IMG/VR virus record: IMGVR_UViG_2585427782_000007
Length of the DNA: 14,205 nt
Reading direction: 5' to 3' (one strand)
DNA from: a virus
Lineage: Duplodnaviria; Heunggongvirae; Uroviricota; Caudoviricetes
Both the position numbers and the translations under genes were made by a program. Below the pieces are notes generated by a model, which saw only the letters and a program-made list of their open reading frames with translations, was not told where the DNA came from and did not search any database. Positions 1-6,441 of the stretch are shown piece by piece (the first letter of the stretch is position 1; the number at the start of each line of letters is the position of its first letter).

Positions 1-504
1 CTTAAGCTCCGGATACATGGCGTTAACTTCTGGCATTTTCATCAACGCTTCAACGATATGTCCGTCGAATGTTGCCATGTCTTCCTGCAACAATTCCTGT
101 GCGCTAATAACCATATCAACGGTGATGTTTTCACATGTGTCGAACTTAACCATGACAGCGTTCTGTACTTCAGGGGCCAGCTTGTCAAAAGTGACGTTCA
201 TCGGATCGGATTCAGTCTCAACCGGGACAAAAGAAGCAGACTCCTCATCCCAGCGGTTTTCCTGCATATATTCAGCATCCCATGAATCGAGGGCAGGGCG
301 GGGTATGCCAGGTTTATCCTCGCAGACAATAAATTTATAAGCGCAGTCCTGAGCAGCCGGATAATGTTCCAGGAATTGCCAGTGAAATTTTGCTCGAGCA
401 CGGCGTTCGTCGCCAGCTTCAATGGCTGTGGCTACAGCCACAGCGCCTTCTTCCCTTGTTGCCAGTTCGTCAGGAATAGCGGCGCAAATAAAGACTTTAC
501 TCAT
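1..504 (-). CDS. Hypothetical prophage protein, N-terminal 168 codons; gene runs off the 5' edge of the window. By position downstream of dicB-ydfD it corresponds to ydfE of Qin.
   Basis: Minus-strand ATG at 502-504 with GAGG about 9 nt upstream; frame open for all 168 codons to position 1 (MSKVFICAAIPDELATREEGAVAVATAIEAGDERRARAKFHWQFLEHYP...). Not in the ORF table because no stop lies inside the window. Confidence 0.55.
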   Translation of the reverse strand, partial: MSKVFICAAIPDELATREEGAVAVATAIEAGDERRARAKFHWQFLEHYPAAQDCAYKFIVCEDKPGIPRPALDSWDAEYMQENRWDEESASFVPVETESDPMNVTFDKLAPEVQNAVMVKFDTCENITVDMVISAQELLQEDMATFDGHIVEALMKMPEVNAMYPELK

Positions 505-596
505 TTGTTTTAACCTCATGACAGATTTAAGGATGAACAAATCCCTGCCATTGCTGGCATATAAGAATGAAACCGGATATTTATTACGGAACTGTT

Positions 597-788
597 TTAA
601 AGACCTGCCGGGATTTCGATATTATCCTGGTGAATAACTTTATCGACCGGGTAACAGTTACCGGGAATTTTCTGTTCGGTTGCTGCAGTCATACACTCCT
701 GCATTGTCCTGTGAACACTGACTGCAATATCAACTGGCTCTCCGGAAACAAGAAAAACTGTCAGAACAAGCACAAATGCTGAATTCAT
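597..788 (-). CDS. ydfD: YdfD-like 63-aa protein with N-terminal hydrophobic segment (Qin prophage lysis protein)
   Basis: Internal Met of table ORF 597..842 gives MNSAFVLVLTVFLVSGEPVDIAVSVHRTMQECMTAATEQKIPGNCYPVDKVIHQDNIEIPAGL (63 aa). Its ATG overlaps the dicB stop as ATGA (plus-strand tcat at 785-788). Length and position match K-12 ydfD from memory. Confidence 0.6.
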   Translation of the reverse strand: MNSAFVLVLTVFLVSGEPVDIAVSVHRTMQECMTAATEQKIPGNCYPVDKVIHQDNIEIPAGL

Positions 789-973
789 TGTGCACATCCT
801 TTTGGCATCAGACGTAAACGAGCCAGCATTGAAACAATGCATATTTTATTTAATAGCTCCCGTTCTTGTTTTCTCTTGTTAATGGCATCTTCAGTAAATA
901 CTGGGTTACTGATAGTGACACCAATTTCAAAACAACCTTCAGACGTATTAACGTTTGGTAATAACGTTTTCAT
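785..973 (-). CDS. dicB: DicB cell-division inhibitor (62 aa)
   Basis: C-terminal 62 codons of table ORF 785..1180: MKTLLPNVNTSEGCFEIGVTISNPVFTEDAINKRKQERELLNKICIVSMLARLRLMPKGCAQ, with SD GAGGA upstream of ATG at 971-973. The upstream in-frame extension is H-rich and non-protein-like. Confidence 0.7.
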   Translation of the reverse strand: MKTLLPNVNTSEGCFEIGVTISNPVFTEDAINKRKQERELLNKICIVSMLARLRLMPKGCAQ

Positions 974-1202
974 TATCGCGTCCTCAACAATGAATTTTGT
1001 GATGCAGTGCCTGGTGCCTCCAGGTGACGTTAACCAGTTAACAATTAACGCCGGATACGAACAGGCAGCCAGTGATGATGGCGAGATCATGCGACCAAAA
1101 GAGCCTACGCGGTGGAAGTGCTGCTGATGTCGAATCCTAGCGTGATGACTATGAAGCGGGAAAAACTCCGGTCGAAGCATATTGTGATGAGTGGGGCGAT
1201 GA

Positions 1203-1490
1203 ATGAGCGAGATTAATTATCAGGAAGGGCATGAAACGGCGGGGCAAGCAAAACCAGTGGCATGGCGATATCGCTACGTGAAAAAAGGCGTTACGGACTT
1301 TCAGGGGAAGTAGTGGTCTGGTGACTGGAAATATGTACCGAAAAAAGAGGATTGTAACGACAGGCCGAACTATCAAATTCAGGCCTTATTCACTGCCTCA
1401 CCAGTCCCAGTTACATCAGAAGAACTGGTTAAAGCTGTGCACTTTTATGAACAACTAAAACGCGAAAATCCACCAACATCCGGCAACTAG
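1203..1490 (+). pseudogene. 95-codon ORF interrupted by a single in-frame TAG at 1311-1313 (candidate nonsense pseudogene)
   Basis: ATG 1203 gives MSEINYQEGHETAGQAKPVAWRYRYVKKGVTDFQGK, then TAG, then the same frame continues WSGDWKYVPKKEDCNDRPNYQIQALFTASPVPVTSEELVKAVHFYEQLKRENPPTSGN to stop at 1488-1490. Both halves look protein-like and there is no start codon after the TAG. Confidence 0.3.
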
Positions 1491-1744
1491 ATTAATGGAT
1501 TAACTATGTCGGTTAAACGACCAGCCAACTGAAAAAGCGGAAACCTGATTACAGGTTGCCAGATAAGGCAATGAGCTACCTGGCGCGGAACGGACTGATA
1601 AGTATGGGGAATGTTTTACGATGAACCTTTAGACTAAAGAGTTTGTAACGCTATGTAAGTGATTTTTTCTGGTTTAGATATTTATATGTCCGGCCAAATT
1701 GAGGTGTGTTTAAATGTAATTGCACATTGATTGTAGGAGGAATA

Positions 1745-1924
1745 ATGAAAAACGCATTGCAGTTTTTGTTTGTTGCGTTCTGGTTGTTCGCATCATGTAT
1801 GCCCATCATCTTCACAGCAAGGTATATGGAAAAAGTTGATGTTTTGATATTAATATTTGGATATATAAATGCCCTTTTTTTAGGGGTGTTCATGGCGGTC
1901 ATGTGCATTGAATACTGGCGGTAA
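1745..1924 (+). CDS. Small hydrophobic protein (59 aa, predicted two transmembrane segments), function unknown
   Basis: AGGAGG at 1735-1740, 4 nt before ATG 1745. MKNALQFLFVAFWLFASCMPIIFTARYMEKVDVLILIFGYINALFLGVFMAVMCIEYWR. The table ORF 1706..1924 starts at a GTG with no usable SD. Confidence 0.45.
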   Translation: MKNALQFLFVAFWLFASCMPIIFTARYMEKVDVLILIFGYINALFLGVFMAVMCIEYWR

Positions 1925-2072
1925 ATACAGCGAACTCCATTGGTTTAGTTGGATATTTACTGTGCTGGACAAAAACGGTTTGCGGGGAAATCTTAGTTAA
2001 GTAGAATGACTGCGGGTGCTTGAGGCTATCTGCCTCGGGCATGGACACCAACGGCAGATAGAGAAAAGCCCC

Positions 2073-3921
2073 AGTTAACATTACGCGTCCTGCAAGACGC
2101 TTAACATTAATCTGAGGCCAATTTCATGCTAGACACATGTAGGTTAGCCTCTTACGTGCCGAAAGGCACGGAGAAGCAGGCTATTGTTAACACCAAGCTG
2201 TAATGTCCCCTTTGAACCATTCTAAAATGTCCCCAGACAATTCTCTGGGGGATTTTTCATGATCAAAGAGACTGTTACGATGAGTCATAAGGAACTCCAC
2301 CGACTTCAGATTATTCAGGAACAAGCTGCGGCACGCATTGGCATTTCTATTCGGCAGGTTAAACGTCTGGTGCAACGGTATAGAAATGAAGGGCCTTCTG
2401 GTCTGGTTTCCCACCGACGTGGAAAGCGTCCTAATAATTCCTTTTCTACTGAATTCAGAGCAACAGTAATTTCACTCCTCAAAGGCCGTTACGCTGATTT
2501 TGGACCTACGTTTGCGTGCGAAAAATTGCGCGAGATACACGGTTTATCTTTATCCGTTGAAACTCTCAGAAAGTGGATGATAGAAGAGGGGTTATGGCGT
2601 GAACGCCGTCGTAAAATTGCCCGTATATATCAACGCCGCATGCGACGACCATCTTACGGTGAACTGATCCAGATTGATGGCTCACCTCATGACTGGTTTG
2701 AAAATCGAGGCCCCAGATGTACACTGATCGTTTTCATTGATGATGCCACCAGTGCGTTGATGGCGTTGCGTTTTGTGCCTGCTGAAACAACCCGGGCTTA
2801 CATGGAAACCCTCCGGGGTTACCTTAATGATCATGGCGTACCGCTCGCTCTCTACTCTGATAGACACAGTATATTCAGGGTAAATAACCCAGAGCGGGAA
2901 GGTGAGCTGACCCAGTTCACTCGTGCGATAAAGACACTGGGCATCGAGCCAATCCATGCCAACAGCCCGCAGGCAAAAGGGCGGGTAGAGCGCGCCAATC
3001 AGACACTACAGGACAGGCTGGTCAAAGAAATGCGGCTTCAGAATATCAGTGATATTGAAACAGCAAATGCATGGTTGCCGACCTTTATTGAAGCCTATAA
3101 CAACCGGTTCGCTACGTCGCCTCGTACTACTGATAATGCTCATCTTGATGTGCACCATTCTGAAGAGGAACTGGGTTATATCTTCAGCCTACAGGCGAAG
3201 CGCGTTCTGTCTAAAAATCTCACTTTCCAGTACAAAAGCAGTGCGTTTCAGGTACGCAGTGAGGGCCGGGGATATCGACTTAGGCATTCGGTTGTTACTG
3301 TATGCGAGAACTTTGACGGTGAAATTAACGTTCTGTATGACGGGAAAGCGCTGGGCTGGGAAAAGTATGTTGATGGCCCGGAGCCTATACCACTGGATGA
3401 TGAAAAGAGTGTCCATGAACGAGTGGATAATGCCCGTATTGATTTACGCTCAAAATACTATGTTAAACCTAAAGCTGACCATCCCTGGCTTACGCGCCGA
3501 ACGCAAAGTCATCAGCAAGTTAAGCCCCCGAAGTTACCTAAAAAGAAGCCTGATCCCGATAAAAAAGATTGAAACCAAGATCGATTCGGTTGAGTGCATA
3601 TCCATTCATAGGGTAGATTCTTAAGTCGCGTTTCTGGTGTTCATTTTCGGGTGGTTTGTTACTTGTTTTACCGGGGATATGCCAGAAACGCGCTGAGTCA
3701 GTCTGGGCGGTGCGCGTAATGAGGCGTTATGGTAAATAGCCTATGCTAATGTCCGCTAAGAGCAAGAAGCGGAAGTTGGCAGTTTTGTGGACTGTCCCCA
3801 CAAAAGTGACTACAGAAATAGTTGCAATTCATAATTGATCATGGGTTGTCAGTTAAACTCGTGGCGATTTAAATAGACTAATTGGGAGTGCGTCCATTAC
3901 TTATATCTTGTAATGTTAACT
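2073..3921 (+). mobile_element. Putative insertion sequence carrying the DDE transposase; boundaries tentative
   Basis: Single transposase ORF 2259..3572 flanked by an exact 12-bp inverted pair: AGTTAACATTAC at 2073-2084 and GTAATGTTAACT at 3910-3921. No similarity beyond the 12 bp and no flanking direct repeat, so the ends are uncertain. Confidence 0.3.
2259..3572 (+). CDS. DDE-type transposase with N-terminal helix-turn-helix (retroviral-integrase-like core; IS481/ISNCY-like, family not resolved)
   Basis: 437-aa ORF. N-terminal HTH-like segment (AARIGISIRQVKRLVQRY), then candidate catalytic residues in VFIDDATS, LYSDRHSIF and GRVERANQTLQDRL. GGGGGA precedes ATG 2259. Confidence 0.85.
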   Translation: MIKETVTMSHKELHRLQIIQEQAAARIGISIRQVKRLVQRYRNEGPSGLVSHRRGKRPNNSFSTEFRATVISLLKGRYADFGPTFACEKLREIHGLSLSVETLRKWMIEEGLWRERRRKIARIYQRRMRRPSYGELIQIDGSPHDWFENRGPRCTLIVFIDDATSALMALRFVPAETTRAYMETLRGYLNDHGVPLALYSDRHSIFRVNNPEREGELTQFTRAIKTLGIEPIHANSPQAKGRVERANQTLQDRLVKEMRLQNISDIETANAWLPTFIEAYNNRFATSPRTTDNAHLDVHHSEEELGYIFSLQAKRVLSKNLTFQYKSSAFQVRSEGRGYRLRHSVVTVCENFDGEINVLYDGKALGWEKYVDGPEPIPLDDEKSVHERVDNARIDLRSKYYVKPKADHPWLTRRTQSHQQVKPPKLPKKKPDPDKKD

Positions 3922-3964
3922 ATCAGAAATGATACAAAGATAATATGTCTTTAAAGAAAAGGCT

Positions 3965-3995
3965 GATGGCGAAAAGTGGCCCGATGAGGGCCACA
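3965..3995 (-). terminator. Rho-independent terminator of flxA
   Basis: Minus strand reads GTGGCCC-TCAT-CGGGCCAC (plus 3977-3995) followed by CTTTTC just after the flxA stop at 4009. Confidence 0.5.
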
Positions 3996-4008
3996 ATACG
4001 GCTGTCAC

Positions 4009-4341
4009 TTAGACGTAAATATCAATGGTGCCAGCGGTATTTGTATCGTCTTTTTTCTCTTCTTTTTTATCAGGCTGAACTGTCGCGTCTTCATTCTTTT
4101 TCTCTGCCTGCTGCCTTAACAACTGCTCCAGTTGAGCCCAGAGGCTTTCAATTTGCTTCTGTACCAATGCAGCCATTTCTTTTTTCTGCTGTGTCGTCAT
4201 CCCCTCTTCCGATGAGATTTTCCCAAGCTTTTCAGTCAGCACCTGAATTTGTCTTGTGATTTTGGCTATTTCTGATGTTCCTTCCGGGGCGGAGTTGTTT
4301 GAAATAACGGTTGAGGTATTTCCCTGAATTGTGACAGACAT
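4009..4341 (-). CDS. flxA: FlxA (110 aa), sigma-28-dependent prophage protein
   Basis: Table ORF 4009..4341; MSVTIQGNTSTVISNNSAPEGTSEI...; SD AGGAG upstream; consensus sigma-28 promoter immediately upstream. Confidence 0.8.
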   Translation of the reverse strand: MSVTIQGNTSTVISNNSAPEGTSEIAKITRQIQVLTEKLGKISSEEGMTTQQKKEMAALVQKQIESLWAQLEQLLRQQAEKKNEDATVQPDKKEEKKDDTNTAGTIDIYV

Positions 4342-4364
4342 AGATTTCTCCTTTTAAAAAAGCA

Positions 4365-4391
4365 CTATCGGCATGCACAAAAAAATCTTTA
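4365..4391 (-). promoter_or_regulatory. Sigma-28 (FliA) promoter of flxA
   Basis: Minus strand reads TAAAGATT-N11-GCCGATAG against consensus TAAAGTTT-N11-GCCGATAA (plus 4384-4391 and 4365-4372), about 23 nt upstream of the flxA ATG. Confidence 0.6.
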
Positions 4392-4543
4392 ATCGTATTT
4401 CTTGTGTCATTAATTGTTTGATGTTCAGATTGTTTTCCTCGCGGGCTGGCGCGCCTCAGAAAGTAAAGCTTGTTGACAGGGGTAAACGTTCGGCAATAAT
4501 TTTCTGCCGCATGCGGGTGTTGCATAAAACGTGTTACGTTCCT

Positions 4544-4849
4544 TTATCGACAGGTCAGGTCACCGCTCACCCGCCGACGAGAAAGCAACACTGACATGCT
4601 AAAGCAAAAAATAGATGAATAAGTTGAGTTGTGCATATGTAGCCTGACCGTCACAAAGTATATGGTGTCTGTACCAGTAAGATGATGGCCGGACTCTTTA
4701 AAAACGAGCTGACCTGCACAATACAGGATGGACTTAGCAATGGCTGCTCCTGGCACAAAGCGGACAGTGATCACCGTTCTTACGACTACTTTCTGACTTC
4801 CTTCGTGACTTGCCCTAAGCATGTTGTAGTGCGATACTTGTAATGACAT
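4544..4849 (-). CDS. ydfV: YdfV-like hypothetical protein (101 aa); weak coding evidence
   Basis: Table ORF of 101 aa diverging from relB, matching remembered K-12 ydfV length and position. No SD, and its start codon lies inside the relBE operator, so it may not be translated. Confidence 0.35.
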   Translation of the reverse strand: MSLQVSHYNMLRASHEGSQKVVVRTVITVRFVPGAAIAKSILYCAGQLVFKESGHHLTGTDTIYFVTVRLHMHNSTYSSIFCFSMSVLLSRRRVSGDLTCR

Positions 4850-4862
4850 TTGTAATTACAAG
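4836..4862 (+). promoter_or_regulatory. relBE promoter/operator (relO)
   Basis: TTGTAAT repeated at 4838-4844 and 4850-4856; perfect palindrome TTGTAATTACAA at 4850-4861, directly upstream of the relB SD AGAGG and ATG 4874. Confidence 0.6.
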
Positions 4863-4873
4863 AGGTGTAAGAC

Positions 4874-5113
4874 ATGGGTAGCATTAACCTGCGTATTGAC
4901 GATGAACTTAAAGCGCGTTCTTACGCCGCGCTTGAAAAAATGGGTGTAACTCCTTCTGAAGCGCTTCGTCTCATGCTCGAGTATATCGCTGACAATGAAC
5001 GCTTGCCGTTCAAACAGACACTCCTGAGTGATGAAGATGCTGAACTTGTGGAGATAGTGAAAGAACGGCTTCGTAATCCTAAGCCAGTACGTGTGACGCT
5101 GGATGAACTCTGA
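4874..5113 (+). CDS. relB: RelB antitoxin (79 aa)
   Basis: MGSINLRIDDELKARSYAALEKMGVTPSEALRLMLEYIADNERLPFKQTLLSDEDAELVEIVKERLRNPKPVRVTLDEL, near-identical to remembered K-12 RelB. Stop overlaps relE start (TGATG). Confidence 0.95.
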   Translation: MGSINLRIDDELKARSYAALEKMGVTPSEALRLMLEYIADNERLPFKQTLLSDEDAELVEIVKERLRNPKPVRVTLDEL

Positions 5114-5400
5114 TGGCGTATTTTCTGGATTTTGACGAGCGGGCACTAAAGGAATGGCGAAAGCTGGGCTCGACGGTACGTGAACAGTTGAAAAAGAAGC
5201 TGGTTGAAGTACTTGAGTCACCCCGGATTGAAGCAAACAAGCTCCGTGGTATGCCTGATTGTTACAAGATTAAGCTCCGGTCTTCAGGCTATCGCCTTGT
5301 ATACCAGGTTATAGACGAGAAAGTTGTCGTTTTCGTGATTTCTGTTGGGAAAAGAGAACGCTCGGAAGTATATAGCGAGGCGGTCAAACGCATTCTCTGA
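5113..5400 (+). CDS. relE: RelE mRNA-interferase toxin (95 aa)
   Basis: MAYFLDFDERALKEWRKLGSTVREQLKKKLVEVLESPRIEANKLRGMPDCYKIKLRSSGYRLVYQVIDEKVVVFVISVGKRERSEVYSEAVKRIL, translationally coupled to relB. Confidence 0.95.
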   Translation: MAYFLDFDERALKEWRKLGSTVREQLKKKLVEVLESPRIEANKLRGMPDCYKIKLRSSGYRLVYQVIDEKVVVFVISVGKRERSEVYSEAVKRIL

Positions 5401-5471
5401 ACCAAAGCATGACATCTCTGTTTCGCACCGAAGGTGACACTTCTGCTTTGCGTTGACAGGAGAAGCAGGCT

Positions 5472-5627
5472 ATGAAGCAGCAAAAGGCGATGTTAATCGC
5501 CCTGATCGTCATCTGTTTAACCGTCATAGTGACGGCACTGGTAACGAGGAAAGACCTCTGCGAGGTACGAATCCGAACCGGCCAGACGGAGGTCGCTGTC
5601 TTCACAGCTTACGAACCTGAGGAGTAA
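5472..5627 (+). CDS. hokD: HokD/RelF Hok-family membrane toxin (51 aa)
   Basis: Below the table cutoff; read manually from ATG 5472: MKQQKAMLIALIVICLTVIVTALVTRKDLCEVRIRTGQTEVAVFTAYEPEE, stop TAA 5625-5627. Confidence 0.9.
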   Translation: MKQQKAMLIALIVICLTVIVTALVTRKDLCEVRIRTGQTEVAVFTAYEPEE

Positions 5628-5696
5628 GAGACCCGGCGGGGGAGAAATCCCTCGCCACCTCTGATGTGGCAGGCATCCTCAACGCACCCGCACTTA

Positions 5697-5728
5697 ACCC
5701 GCTTCGGCGGGTTTTTGTTTTTATTTTC
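5697..5728 (+). terminator. Rho-independent terminator of the relB-relE-hokD operon
   Basis: AACCCGC-TTCG-GCGGGTT hairpin at 5697-5714 followed by TTTTTGTTTTTATTTT. Confidence 0.6.
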
Positions 5729-5843
5729 AACGCGTTTGAAGTTCTGGACGGTGCCGGAATAGAATCAAAAATACTTAAGTAGCGCGCAGGGATAAGAGGG
5801 ATGGTCCCTTAAAGGGGAGAGCTAATTATCCGGAAGGATTCTG

Positions 5844-6095
5844 ATGATGAACATCGAAGAACTGCGTAAAATTTTTTGTGAAGATGGCCTCTATGCTGTG
5901 TGCGTTGAAAATGGAAATCTTGTTAGTCATTACCGCATTATGTGTTTGCGAAAGAATGGGGCTGCGTTAATTAATTTTGTGGATGCTCGGGTCACGGACG
6001 GATTTATCTTGCGCGAAGGTGAGTTTGTCACTTCATTACAGGCATTGAAAGAGATCGGAATAAAAGCTGGCTTTTCTGCTTTTTCAGGAGAATAA
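5844..6095 (+). CDS. rem: Rem-like hypothetical protein (83 aa)
   Basis: Table ORF with GGAAGG SD; the 83-aa length and position between hokD and ydfU match K-12 rem from memory. Sequence identity not verified. Confidence 0.55.
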   Translation: MMNIEELRKIFCEDGLYAVCVENGNLVSHYRIMCLRKNGAALINFVDARVTDGFILREGEFVTSLQALKEIGIKAGFSAFSGE

Positions 6096-6161
6096 ACTCA
6101 TCTACAATCTTGCGCGGGGCTGAACTCCCGCTGAGTAACACCGTGCCACCGGAGAAAACCG

Positions 6162-6440
6162 ATGGCACGCAACGCAAAATATTACAATTCTGATAATTCG
6201 CCCGTTCTTGCCTGCACGCACGGGCGGTATTCTCACGCATTCAAGTCTGAATGGTTCCAGCACCCTCCATGCACTGCAGAACAGGCCGAATGGCTGATTC
6301 ATTCTTACCGCAGGCGCGGGTTCGAGGTTAAGAAAGCTCTCAGTCTCGACTATCGGCACTGGATAATCTCTGTCAGGCTGCCTTATTCCGAACGCCCACC
6401 ACGTGCGTCCCGCACTTTCCAGCAACGGATCTGGAGGTAA
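6162..6440 (+). CDS. Hypothetical 92-aa protein, translationally coupled to ydfU
   Basis: GGAG about 9 nt before ATG 6162; stop TAA 6438-6440 lies 1 nt before the ydfU GTG 6442, and the ydfU SD GGAGG is inside this ORF's 3' end. I do not recall a K-12 gene at this position. Confidence 0.5.
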   Translation: MARNAKYYNSDNSPVLACTHGRYSHAFKSEWFQHPPCTAEQAEWLIHSYRRRGFEVKKALSLDYRHWIISVRLPYSERPPRASRTFQQRIWR

Positions 6441-6441
6441 C

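Noticed and set aside
986-1060. Possible DicF sRNA (plus-strand CCAGGTGACGTT resembles the DicF 5' region)
   Set aside because: Only about 11 nt match, on the strand opposite dicB, with no terminator hairpin or U-tract; likely chance.
785-1180. 131-aa table ORF extending dicB upstream
   Set aside because: The upstream extension is H-rich and non-protein-like and has no SD at its start; the internal ATG at 971-973 with SD gives exactly the 62-aa DicB.
1149-1376. 75-aa minus-strand ORF, considered as a ydfC-like gene upstream of dicB
   Set aside because: F/P-rich low-complexity translation with no SD; it is antisense to the more protein-like amber-interrupted plus-strand frame.
3049-3624. 191-aa plus-strand ORF
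   Set aside because: Lies wholly within the transposase gene in another frame; low-complexity translation.
4373-4594. 73-aa plus-strand ORF between flxA and ydfV
   Set aside because: Overlaps the flxA sigma-28 promoter region, has no SD, and gives a basic low-complexity translation.
5384-5605. 73-aa minus-strand ORF antisense to hokD, considered as a sok/mok-like element
   Set aside because: hokD is the third gene of the relBE operon and lacks its own sok/mok region as I recall; the antisense frame has no SD or promoter-like signals.
6403-6441. Longer ydfU start (362 aa) as listed in the ORF table
   Set aside because: Also a GTG start but without an SD, and it would overlap the upstream 92-aa ORF; GTG 6442 with GGAGG gives the 349-aa product.
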